DNA from: Tubulanus polymorphus
Taxonomy: Eukaryota > Animalia > Nemertea
DNA: 64,000 nt
Assembly (NCBI RefSeq): GCF_964204645.1
Contig: NC_134026.1
Coordinates: 18,138,150 to 18,202,149, forward strand
Direction: 5' to 3'
The notes under the pieces are model-generated. The model did no database searches. It saw only the letters and a list, made by a program, of their open reading frames with translations, and was not told the origin of the DNA. Shown here piece by piece: positions 33,257 to 45,620 of the stretch; the stretch's first letter is position 1, and the number at the start of each line of letters is the position of its first letter. Both the position numbers and the translations under genes were made by a program.

Positions 33257-33908
33257 GACTTTGTGACATTGCCTATGTATCTAGATATATTAATATATAT
33301 ATGTTTTTCATGGGCGAGTGATTTGATGCGTTATTCGCGTGTAAGGGATTACGATTTCAGACCTGATTGATTTGATCCGTAAATGATTTGAGGTATGGGT
33401 GAGACGTGAATGCTTCAATGCTTGAAAAGCATATAGACCATGAATTGTAGACACAAGCGATTATTTGAGACATAAAATATTTCATCCGCGATGTGCGTGT
33501 AGAATATGAATTGGAGAAGCAACTATGATTTTAGGCGTGAGTGATTGTAGGTGTGATTGACATGTAGACTATGGATTGAAGAAGCGACTATGATTTGGGA
33601 CGTGAGCGATTTCAGACGTGAATGACATGTTATAACTTCTTGGCTCCGGCAAGCGGATTTATCAAAAATTCTGTGTTTGTGGGGATTTCCCAAATCATGT
33701 TGGTGGTAACACGAGTACAAATTTCAGCATAAAATAGATTGTCCTGGTTTCTGAAATTTCAGTATTTACTAGATATTGATATTCACTAGTGTTACTATAC
33801 ACGTTTACATCAAATCTACAAGAAATGAACGACAATAAGTATATCAACAGCACACACAGAAAACATGCCTAAAAGGTCGTAGACTATGGATTGAAGATGC
33901 GACTATGA

Positions 33909-36794
33909 TTATTCGTCTAAATCTTGTTCGGTCAAATCTTGACCTGACATAATTTTAAAAACGAGTCCACTCATCTTAGCCATCGTGTTGTCGGCAACGC
34001 GAATGTCGTACGTACGTTTTTGCATGGTTTGCGAATGTTTCATCAGTGTCGCCAGGTCTTGCTCAGTGCGTGCTCCCAAGTTCATTTGCAACAAAATTGA
34101 AACAATTGATTTTCGCATCACTGTACAACTTGCACGAACATTACGTCCACCGACCTTAATAAATTCTCTCGTTATAACGTTGGCAATTTCTGATTGAGAC
34201 ATTTGCCTTCCAGACCATGTGATGAAGACGGCATCCTTATCCTTGAATTGAGCTGGCACATTTGGACGAATATGTTGTAAGTATGCTCGTAGTAATTGAT
34301 ACTCATTCGTTGAGAGCGAAATTTGTGCCTTACCATACTTTTGTTCCGTTTTATGTACGAGCACTGTCATTACACAACGATTTTTATGTACATTATCCTG
34401 GGCATTCAAAACGTCACTGATTTTCAAATTGATTACAGGTCCTGCCCTGGTGGCATTGGCCAGTACTAATAGCATAATCAGGTGATTCCGGGCATTTGTA
34501 TGATCTTGTTGTGAAATTGTCGCAGCCTCATGACACGTACGTAGAATGGTGCCTGCTCTGGTAGCACGATCACTATTCAAATACGATAGTACTTGTTTGA
34601 CAGTAACAATTGCACGTTTGTGAATTTCTTTCTTTTCATGCGCACGCGTAGAAATCATTTTATTCAAGCTTGTATTCCACAATTTTACGTGCTCGTTGAT
34701 GATCTCGTGACAATCTTTCAAAACCCAGTGCTTTTGTTTTATTATACCCCATTTTATAAACTTTTGAAAAGAAAGTAAATAGTTTTTCACCGTACTAGCC
34801 TGTTTTGTTTTCAGCATGTTTGGAATAAAGTTCTGTTCAATCTGATTTAAATTGTCAATTAATGACGATTTTGTGAATGTTTTATTGCCGAAATTTTTAA
34901 ACACAATATTCGCCATTTTCGCGGTTTGAGAAGAGACGGCGTTACTTTTCATACCGCCACCAAATGTCGACAGCCACCGCTGGAATTCTCGATTTTCGGC
35001 CTGAAATTCTGCTGGTATGCCCACATCAACGTTATTATAATCATCATCATCGTCATCATCATCATCATCACTTGACGGAAAATATTCCATGTCATCATCG
35101 CTTTCGTCATCAACCACCACCATTGGACTTCCATTTTCTTCAGCAGCATCATTTTCAGTATCATCATCTTCATCAACATCATCATCATCATCATCATCAT
35201 TATCGCCATTCCTGTCCGACGCTGTAACGTTTTTTGTTGACGTTTGTTTGTGAGTCATCGCCATATATCGATGATAGTTTTCATCACCGGGAACAAAGCC
35301 ATGTTTTTTCGTGCGCAGATGTTTGTCCAGACGATCAAATGTTGCTAAACATCCTTCAACAGGACACGTTGCTTTGGTATCTGCTGCATCTGAAAAACAA
35401 AACATGAATGATTTGAGACGTGAGTGATTGGAGGTGTGATTGATGGTTTCAGTTTTAGTTTATTCGGTATCCATAATCTCACAAACAGCAAGTTTTTCAA
35501 TGGAGAAAACATAACAATTAACAAATATATGATAAAGCAACAATATAGGGAGTGAAAAATGAAAGTTCAATACAATTTGTAGTTTCAGCATAATTTTGAT
35601 TTGACAGAATTTTTTATTTCATGGCGTAATTGTCTCTTAAAACTTTTATGTATGAGCCATTTGAGGCATGTATGATTTGAGACGTAAGTGATTAGAAGCG
35701 TGATTGGCATGTAGATTGTAATTAAGGCGTGAGTGATTTAAGACGTGAATGATTTGAGGCGTGATTGTTGTGTAGAATGTGAGTTGTAAACAGATACAAC
35801 TATGATTTGAGGATGAATGATTTGAGGCGTCAGTGATTAGAGGGGTGATTGGTGTGCAGACTAAATTGCAGACATAAACGAATAAGATTTGAGGCATGAA
35901 TGATTTGAGGAGTGAGTGATTTGAGGTGTGAATGATTGGAGGCATTAATGATTTGAGGCGTGCATGATTGGTGGCGTGAATGATTTGAAAGTTCAATGAT
36001 TGGTGTGTAGACTGAATTGCAGATATAAACGAATATGATTTGAGGCATGAATGATTGGAGGCGTGAATGATTGGAGGTGTTAATGATTTGAGGCATGAAT
36101 AATTTGAGGAGTGAGTGATTTGAGGCGTGAATGATTGGAGGAGTTAATGATTTGAGGCGTGAATGATTGGAGGCGTTAATGATTTTTTAGGTGTGCATGA
36201 TTGGAGGCGTGAATGATTTGAGGCGTGAATGATTTGAAAGTTCAATGATTGGTGTGTAGACTGAATTGCAGATATAAACGAATATGATTTGAGGCATGAA
36301 TGATTGGAGGGGTGAATGATTGGAGGCGTTAATGATTTTTTAGGTGTGCATGATTGGAGACGTGAATGATTTGAAAGTTCAATGATTGGTGTGTAGACTG
36401 AATTGCAGATATAAACGAATATGATTTGAGGCATGAATGATTGGAGGGGTGATTGGTGTGTAGACTGAAAGGCAGACATAAACGAATAAGATTTGAGGCA
36501 TGAATGATTTGAGGCGTGAGTGATTGGATGAGTGATTTGCATGTGATTATAGTGATTGGCAATAATAGTGAAAACGATTGACATTCGTCTGTCAATTAGA
36601 AAAAAATAGGAAGAGAACGTCAATGACATTGAACAATGATGAAATATAAGATATTTACCTTTAGAGTATTTAGTAGCAGCTTCAGACGAGAAACGGTGAT
36701 ATTTACGCAGATGATTTTTATACGAGCATTCAAAATCACAATCACAAAAAAGACACTTTCTCTGTGTCAATTTTGACTTCTTCACTGGTGGCAT
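33909..36794 (-). CDS. Spliced zinc-finger tyrosine recombinase (YR2): exons 36794-36659 and 35389-33909
   Basis: Phase-1 GT..AG intron (AAAG|GTAAAT, TTTTTCAG|AT) joins in frame; finger 1 in exon 1, finger 2 and NATRAG/HKT/CTVMRKS/LMKHS/RTYD in exon 2. Confidence 0.85.
35405..36560. repeat. TGATTTGAGRCGTGA motif array inside the YR2 intron
   Basis: Dozens of degenerate copies of (A)TGATT(T/G)GAGGC(G/A)TGA, with longer duplicated blocks. Confidence 0.9.
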
Positions 36795-37179
36795 GATACA
36801 ATGTCGCAAAAATACTCCTGTGAAAATACAACCACAAAATGATGTTTGAATGACGCTAAAATGAGGAGGGTTGGATATTTTATTGTGTGGTTGAGTTGAC
36901 TTGACACTTGAGTCGACTTGTCACGATCTGTGAGCTAATTGAAAGAGAAATCGATACCATGCCTCTTGTCGCTATACTGTGCGGTTCAGCTATCGTTGAA
37001 CAAACTTTTACATGACACTAATACTAAAAATTAGTCCTGTGCAAATGGACCGTTCAATGTTTTTATTTTCAATCCTTCCATGGCAAATATCGTAGAACAA
37101 AGATTCAAGTCGATTTATATATCTTCATCCTCTCGTGAAAATATCGCAACATATACCTAGGACGACTCTGGGGAAGGGG

Positions 37180-38710
37180 TGAGGCGTGAGTGATTGGAGG
37201 CGTGATTGGCATGTATACTGCGAGTTGCAGACAGAGATGACTATCATTTGAGGCATGAATGATTTGAGACTTGAATGATTTGAGACGAGATCTGAATTTT
37301 GACTGTGAACTGTAAGAAGCCAATGTGATTTGAGACGTGAATGATTTCAGGCTTGAATGATTTGAGACGAGATCTGAATTTCGACTATGAACTGTAAAAA
37401 GCAACTGTGATTTGAGACGCGAATGATTCGAGGCGTGATTTGACTTTGATCAGAGTGTGATTTGAGACACGAATCATATGAGACGCAAATTATTTGAGAC
37501 GCTGATGATTTGAGACGTGATTCGACATTGATGGGAAAAAGCATTATGAGTTGAAACGTCAATGATTTGAGGCGTGATTTGATTTGAGGCGTGATTCGAA
37601 TTTGACCAAAGAGACAATGAGACGAGATCTGAATTTCGACTATGAACTGTAAAAAGCAACTGTGATTTGAGACGCGAATGATTCGAGGCGTGATTTGACT
37701 TTGATCGGAGTGTGATTTGAGACACGAATGATATGAGATGCAAATTATTTGAGACGCTGGTGATTTGAGACGTGATTCGACATTGATCGGAAAAAGCATT
37801 ATGAGTTGAGATGCGAATGATTCGAATTTGACCAAAGAGACAATGAGACGAGATCTGAATTTCGACTATGAACTGTAAAAAGCAACTGTGATTTGAGACG
37901 CGAATGATTCGAGGCGTGATTTGACTTTGATCGGAGTGTGATTTGAGACACGAATGATATGAGATGCAAATTATTTGAGACGCTGGTGATTTGAGACGTG
38001 ATTCGACATTGATCGGAAAAAGCATTATGAGTTGAGATGCGAATGATTCGAATTTGACCAAAGAGACAATGAGACGAGATCTGAATTTGAGACGCTGATG
38101 ATTTGAGACGTGATTCGACATTGATCGGAAAAAGCATTATGAGTTGAGACGCGAATGATTCGAGGCGTGATTTGACTTTAATCGGAGTGTGATTTGAGAC
38201 ACGAATCATATGAGACGCAAATTATTTGAGACGCTGATGATTTGAGACGTGATTCGACATTGATCGGAAAAAGCTTATGAGTTGAGACGTGAATGATTTG
38301 AGGCGTGATTTGATTTGAGGCGTGATTTGATTTGAGGCGTGATTCGAATTTGACCAAAGAGACAATGAAACGAGATCTGAATTTCGACTATGAACTGTAA
38401 AAAGCAACTGTGATTTGAGACGCGAATGATTCGAGGCGTGATTTGACTTTGATCGGAGTGTGATTTGAGACACGAATCATATGAGACGCAAATTATTTGA
38501 GACGCTGATGATTTGAGACGTGATTCGACATTGATCGGAGTTGAGACGTGAATGATTTGAGACGCGAATCGAGTAGGCGACTGTGAATTGAGACGTGAAT
38601 GATTTGAGATATGATTTGTTTTTTAACGTTCAACAACTAGCCGACGGTGAGTTTAGACACGAGTGATTTGACGTTGATGGGAAAGAGCATTATGACTTGA
38701 GACGTGAAAG
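37180..38710. repeat. Higher-order modular tandem array of the same motif, upstream of YR2
   Basis: TGATTTGAGACG cores alternate with a small set of reused linker modules. Confidence 0.9.
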
Positions 38711-39303
38711 AATGGGGCTCTTGCAGAACTAATATCACTAGGGGCGTTACTGTGCTATGGGTCATGGCTACATTAAAAATAGTATAGAAAATGTCACTGT
38801 TTGCCTTATAACTTTCTTATTAGTTGAAATCACTGCCAACATGCTGTGAAAAAGTTGTTCAAAATTTGATTCTGAACATTTTGATATAAATTTAAGTACG
38901 TTTGGTGCTACAGTAAAAGCTGTGCTCATTTGAAATATCGTTAAAATTTTGAATGATTTTTTACGCTAAGTCCCAAAAAATGTTAATTTCTCAAGAGAGT
39001 GCAGGTTATACAGATAATACAAGAGTACTAAAAATAATATAACTACATGCGTTAGATAATAACAAATAAATTTCCCACAGCATGTTGGCTGATTTGGTCA
39101 ACCGTTTTTGAAATATTAGCAAATAACCGGTTAGTTTTGGGCTGTTTCAGTGTAAAATTGGACCCATGCACAACAATGCCATCTGTTGGGTGTGCTGGTG
39201 TACAACAACCTCATTAAGTCAGAAAATCGATTTTAATCACGCGATGGAAGTTTATTATCTTCGGCATATTCATCGATGCGACTTTACAAAATTGTGACAA
39301 AAG

Positions 39304-40659
39304 TCACTTTGTTCTATACATCCCTCGAACAATATCATAACATCTTTTTTCTATGATATTCTTATCGTGTCCGTACAAAGTTATGAATTGTTGAAGTACC
39401 GAATTGTTCATTTTTGTACGCACGTCCTGAATTCTAATATTTTTCTTCTTTATTTCATTCTTGAACAAAGCGGCAAGTTCTTCTTTCAAATTGTCAGGTA
39501 CTTTATGCTTTTTGTGTGACTTTGATGTCGTTTTTCTGTGTGACTGTCCTGCTCCTGCATTTTTGTAATCGTTTGAATCATTCTTAACCTCACCATCATC
39601 GACATAATCTTCGTCATCATTATCATTGTCTGTTCCATAATCATCGTCCATTATTTTAGCTTTCTTTTTGTGTGCAATTTTTTGTGGTGTTTTTTCATGT
39701 GATCGTCTAGCTATCGCGTGTTCGTTGATGTAATCATCATCACTCTCCATCATTGTATCGTCCATAACACCATCTACTTCTACATCATTCTCTTCATTAT
39801 CCACTAATTCATCGTTATCAATTTCGTTACCTACATCGTCCTCGTCATTTGCGCCACGTTCTTCTTCACGATGTTCTTCGTTCACTTCTTTTTTGATTTT
39901 ATATTCTGCTTTTTTCCCTTCACACATTAGTTCTTTGTACTTGGCGTCTGTTTGCTTCAGATTGTGGCAACTGCTTTGTAGGTGGGGACCCAATTGTTTC
40001 ACAAGCTTGGGGCAGTCCGCCACCGGACACTTTGTAAATACCGTTGATCTGTTGACCAACGGAATCTTTTCCATTTCGTCCTTGTGTTTTCCCATATTCT
40101 GAAACAAAAGACAAAATCACTTTAGTCTATACGGTGTGAGTTTAAATCTCAATTATTTTAGACGTGATGCGAGATGAAATAATGAAATCCATGTGATTTT
40201 AACCGCGAATGATATTAGACGTGATCAGGATTTGATTTACATCGATTACGATTATCAAGTTTGATTCAAAACGTGAATGATTTCAGACGTGATTTGAAGT
40301 TGGACTTTAACCACTCCACGTCGGGAACCGCATATAAGCGTACTCTTTACATTTTACTGGTCTAACGCCAGACGATTTTACTTGTAATGGGGGGAGGTCT
40401 CGCAAAAATTATCTCCCCGTTAAATATATAGTATGAGTGTGAACCGATAATTATTTTAGACATGATTTGAGGTGAAGTAATGAAATCCATGTAAAGTTTG
40501 ATTCAAAAACGTGAATGATTTCAGACGTGATTTTCTACCTACCTTGAAGTCTTTTCCGAATAATGTTATAGTTCTTTCCGTAATGCGATGAAAGCTTTTC
40601 AGGTGGCGTGGAAAACTCGAAGCTATGTCTTTCTCACAAAGAACACAATATTGCTTCAT
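39304..40659 (-). CDS. Spliced double zinc-finger protein lacking the recombinase domain: exons 40659-40543 and 40098-39304
   Basis: Phase-0 intron (AAG|GTAGGT, TTTGTTTCAG|AAT) joins in frame; CVLC..FPRHLKSFH and CPVADC..LGPHLQSSCH match the YR1/YR2 fingers; acidic linker follows. Confidence 0.8.
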
Positions 40660-40859
40660 ATTGGAAATTTGCCAAAGATAATTTATATATCGATGTGTTG
40701 CGTTTTGGTACTGAAAATGGAGTGGATAGAATCAACGTGATTGAACATTAGAACACAAAGCGGTATAAGAACGTGAATACTGCCAAACCTACTTCTAAAA
40801 CCCTGAGCAATTTTGGGATCGCTATTCATACCGAACAGATCAACAGGGATTAACTATAA

Positions 40860-42548
40860 GTTTTTTCAAAAATTTTATTTTTGAGAAAAACTGAAATATT
40901 ATTTCACCATCGTGTCTATCGGTCAAAAATAAGCACGCATGCACAGTTTGAGGCAAATCGCAGTAGGGGAACATGGTATTCTAGCAAATAACCAAATGAC
41001 AAATTCACAACTTTCCTGAAATTGAACATAAAAAATCGTCTCAAAGTCAACATTTGTAGAAAACTGAAATGTCTACTCACCAATAGTTTTCTAATGGTAA
41101 TCCGAACTGTGGGAACTGGTGTAGAATAATCCAAATGATAGCACAGAATTCGGGTAGATCCGTACGGTCTGAAAGACAGAATGGAAATGAATTGAGAACG
41201 TGGTGGACACAAGATGGCCAACTTTGCGCATGCGCAGTATGGTAAAACGAAAGCTTTGATGAAAAACTGTAATTTTTCTGGTGGAATGGGCTAGATACGT
41301 TATAGAGATGATGTGTGCAAAGTTTCAATTCGATCCCAGTGTGGGAACCATGTTTTCTATGGTGGGGGGATCTGGGGCGCAAGTGAGCCAAAAAAACACC
41401 CAAAATGAAAAATTATAAAATATTTAGAAAAAACTGAAATTTCTCTCTTGGCATAGCCAGAGAACCTGAAAACAAGCAGTTATACAAAGTTCCATCGATA
41501 TCCAAGTGTGTGTGATTTTTGTATAAGTTGGGTTATTAGACACAGGAGGTCACCCTTGCCCATGCGCAGTAGTGGAAAAGACAAACTCCCGATGAAAAAC
41601 TGCAATCTTTTGATTGGAATCGTCTATGTTCTATGGTTAGATGTCATTTGTTGAGTTTTTGAGAAAATCAAACTGTGGGAAGGCAGAGATATGTATTGGG
41701 GTTTAAGGGGTCAGGGCCCCTTTCACGTAAAATCTAAACCTCGGAGAAAAACTGCATCTTCTCTTTGGAATCGATGATAGAACATCATAAAAGACTCAAA
41801 TACGAAGTTTAAAGCAAATCCGAGTGTAGGAAGATGCTCTTTGAAATTTTGTTCAGCTAGGGTCAAGGGTTGTCAAAGGCATCCCTCGAAAAATCAAAAC
41901 CTCATAGAAAAACTGAATTTTCTCGGCGAATGCGTTCATAGCATGTTAAAACAAGTTAAAATACAAAGTTATAGCGAAATCCAACTGTGGGAAGCCTGCA
42001 AACCATAGTACATGCAACTCTGACAATATTACAAGAAAAATCGCATAAAATGGTCTACAAAGTCAAGATTTTAGGAAAAACTGAAATTTTAACTCACCAA
42101 AATGTGTATCGACACTAGATAGATGCTATATCCAAGAATCACAATAATCCTGGTGTGGAAAGAGGTAAAAATAATTCGATTTGTCGGCCGGAGAAAATCT
42201 CGATACGTCCTTTCAGTAGAAAGTCAGCGCAGTGAATGAAGCTAGAACATGGCGGACAAAACATGGTGGTTCTCGCGCATGCGCAGTATGCTACATCGAG
42301 AACTTGTATGAAAAACTGTAATTTTACTTTGGAATATTGACTGGTTGTCCGTATGTGAAGTTTAAAACGAATCTCTATGTGGGAAGGGGGTGTAGCAGGG
42401 AAGGGTTCACTTAACGCATGCGCAATAAGCTAACATTAGAACTTGGATGAAAAACTACAATTTTATTTTGGAATAATATTAATCAATCGACAGACAGAAG
42501 CATGTTTGTAAAGTTTAAAAGAAATTCCAGTGTGGGAAAGGGGGTACC
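40860..42548. repeat. Degenerate tandem array of about 10 units of roughly 170 bp
   Basis: Recurring GAAAAACTG(A/T)AAT..AAAGTTT..AATCC..GTGGGAA and GCGCATGCGCAGTA; no credible ORF. Confidence 0.7.
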
Positions 42549-42889
42549 TGGTTAGTAATCTGTCTATTCCTGGTCTTGTTGTTCAGACCGGCTGGATAAT
42601 TCTTCCTTCTTCATCCACGATTCTGTAGGTTGATGGTTCACCAAAAAGATTGGTTTGGATAGCACTGAATTTTGCAAAGTTTAATCGTTGGTTGGTGGTC
42701 CCTCACACTAAAAGACGTTTGTAAATCCGCCCGCATTGTGCAACCAATTCCGTTGAATCCTGACTTCTTCGAGCTTTCCTTACTAGGTGGTTGTCACCTG
42801 ACGGTTTCTGACCAAGGCCGTTTCAGAGATAGAGATTTTCAGCTAGGATGAGATAATCTTCATCCCGGATGGCTTTAATAGTTTGAGTT

Positions 42890-42976
42890 ACTTGTTGTCC
42901 AGGCATTTTGAAATGATACACATAGTTTTTATAAAAACATGGTGAGGAAACTATTTGTACCCAGAAAATCTAACCA
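42890..42976. repeat. Inverted repeat partner of 49908-50006 (promoter-like sequence plus ATGCCTGGACAACAAGT)
   Basis: Reverse-complement match with a few mismatches and one indel. Confidence 0.85.
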
Positions 42977-43121
42977 CGTACCAAAGATATTTAGAAAAAC
43001 TGACGTTTTACTGCACAGGCTGCATTTGGGTAACAAAATGAATGTCTATGGAAAGTCTCTACCGATTCGACATGTGGGATCAGAGAAAATTACAAGTCCA
43101 AAAAATCCCGCGCCGTCAACC

Positions 43122-43315
43122 ACTGTTTCTTGTTTTAGGAAGCGTGGATGCGACACTAGAGCTAGGCCACAACGGCCCTGAGTATGACAAGACATAATGT
43201 CCCAGCCCGGCAGGGCCAAATCGTGTAAGTCTTGTCGAATTACCAATGTTATAGTGGCTTAGCAGCGGCAGAGTTGTGTTTCCAAAGTTGAAAAATGAAT
43301 AGTTCCAAAAATGAC
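43122..43315. repeat. About 195-bp direct repeat, copy 1 (copy 2 at 50049-50242); 5' part also inverted at 43496-43552
   Basis: actgtttcttgttttaggaagcgtggatgcgac...aatagttccaaaaatgac at both sites. Confidence 0.9.
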
Positions 43316-43619
43316 CAATAGTCGATAAAGTGGCGCTGAGGCATAAAAATATGGGGGTCTCTCTGGCTACTATACCTTAAGGTACACAGTGCGGTGCACG
43401 GTGCGAAGATTTTTCCTACTCTTTTACCATAAACCTTAAAAGATTTTAAAGAAAATAGTCCATGTTTTTTTCTTGTACCGTGTACCGTGTACCGATGTGG
43501 CCTAGCGCTAGCGTCGCCTACTCGCTTCCCAAAAAAACAAGAATCAGTGGTTAGGTAGCGAGCAAAAAACTTCAACACAAATATTTAGAATTATATTTAC
43601 ATTTATTTTTTTAAAACAT

Positions 43620-44990
43620 GCATGTGCACATATCAAACATTTGGTCGAGGAACCACCTTGTTCTCCTCATACCATTTCATGAAAGGTGCAATATTTTTTA
43701 AAAACTCGTCCGCTGGAACGAAATGTCCAGCATCACTTTGTTTTTCAAACAAGTCCAAATCTCGTCCATTTATTGCAAAATGTTATTTTGTACCCAAGAA
43801 AAAACGTGATTCCTCACTAACCTTTCAGACCAATGTTCCAAGTCGTTGTAGAACAAGCGTAACCAAAATAAGCGTAGAGTGATTGTTTTGTGGTAAACGA
43901 CACAAATGCCAAGTCCAAATACATGCCGGTGTTGTAGTCGACCGTAGACTTTCCTTGTCGGATAGATTGAAGTTCTCTGTTCGATCAGAAATTGAGCACG
44001 TTGTACAACGCATTCGTATTCAACTGCGGAGCCGTAATCCACAGACGATGTTCCGATTCGTGATAATAGAGTAAATGACAGGGTAATTCACCGTTGTCGT
44101 GATTTGCCGATGAAGAAGATACAACCCTAGAGCTTTCACCTTCGCCGTCTTCTACTCTCCTTTTAAAAAAGCCGAGTGGTGGTTGCCTAGGAACGATATT
44201 GGTCTCAATTGGTCCCTCGTGAAATATAACACCGCATCCGGAAAGATATCCTCGCACGAAATTGTGTAGAGGAGGAGTTTGCAGATTTACTTTTAGTTTG
44301 TGATTTCTCATGAATTCTATGGTATACATTGGTTTTTGGTGGTCCAATAAGTTGAATTTAGTCTTGATGTTGAACGTTTCCACTGCCAGACCAACGTACT
44401 GTAATATTTTATGTTGGGGTAACTTTTTCGGCACACACGTGATTTCGAGATATTTGCGTAATTGTCGAATATCAATTTGAAAGCCGGGAGGAGAGTCACA
44501 GTCAGCAGGGGTAGTAGCGCCGGCAACGTCGGTGGTTGGTGGAGAAGTTGGTGCCTGTTGATGTGCGTTGGGATTACTTGGTGGTTCTCTTCTATGTTTG
44601 TGGTATCGGTATTCGAGTTATCCACCAGTGTATCTGCGTCTGCGTTCTCTGTATTTGAGTTATCCGCGTGTGTATCTACGTCTACGTTCTCGATTTGTGT
44701 CTGAGACATTGTTGTCGAGTCTTGAAGATCCGAGGTTTTAAGTTCTGGCACTGGTATATTTTCTTCCTGCTCTATTTGACAAGTAAGAATAGCATCAACA
44801 CACTGGGTTAGATAGTTATCCAAAGTTGCGGAATCCTTCTGCGTAGAACTAACGTACTTTGGGGGTAACAAAGACTGTGTTGCTGACTGGTTTAGTTGAG
44901 TTGGTTGAGTTGGTAGTGGTTGGTGTTGCTATTTGGGTAAAGATGGTAAAAACACCTCGTCGTCGTACTCGAGAATCTTCGTCACGAACA
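43620..44990 (-). pseudogene. Frameshifted hypothetical gene
   Basis: Successive overlapping minus ORFs 44317-44871, 43985-44434 and 43770-44042. Confidence 0.45.
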
Positions 44991-45620
44991 AAGTCAGTTA
45001 TCCTGTAACCAGCAAATTTTTTCCACGTCTAACCTTTATTTTTTATTTTCGAACTTGTGTCCAAGACTCGTGTCGAGAGAGTACTATGGAACTTTGCTCA
45101 GTGATCACATTTAAATACAAAATTCGAGTGAGAATCTTATTAAAACCTAACCAAGTTTTTTCACCACAGATATTTTCTCACTACTCAACTTTACATTTTT
45201 GGACACATTTTTTCAGCAGCTCGAAATAGAAATCCCTATCTATTTTCTTGACAATTTGCTCCCTTGCCGAACAGACCTTGGTGATCTACAACCATCTGAC
45301 CTCTGGGAAGACAGGAAGACGAAGCCTACTTGGAAGACGGGAAGACGAAGCCTGTTGAACTTGCAGAAGTTAGCTCTTGGTGAGATCGCTGAGAGGAGAG
45401 TGTCGAGTCGGATACCTCGAGATGGTAACTTTTTTGATAGGGAAAAAACTCGCCTAATTTTTATATAACATATGATATCATTCACCAGAAAATCACGCCG
45501 CGATCATATGACTCTGATAGAGTTTTGTACCCAACTTTTCTCACCGGAAACTCAATTCAGTCTAACGTGTTTTCAGACGTGTTTTCAGACTTGATTAAAG
45601 TTAGTACTTGAAATAGTTTT

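Noticed and set aside
35646-38473. Several ORFs rich in SNHSRLKS/PQII peptides
   Set aside because: Translations of the repeat arrays; only 36794-36659 has coding features.
37180-38710. CRISPR-like repeat/spacer array
   Set aside because: Linkers are reused modules rather than unique spacers, repeats are short and degenerate, there are no cas genes, and the context is eukaryotic.
38713-39300. Possible MITE between the motif array and the zinc-finger gene
   Set aside because: An internal inverted GCCAACATGCTGTG pair is present, but I could not define TIRs or a TSD.
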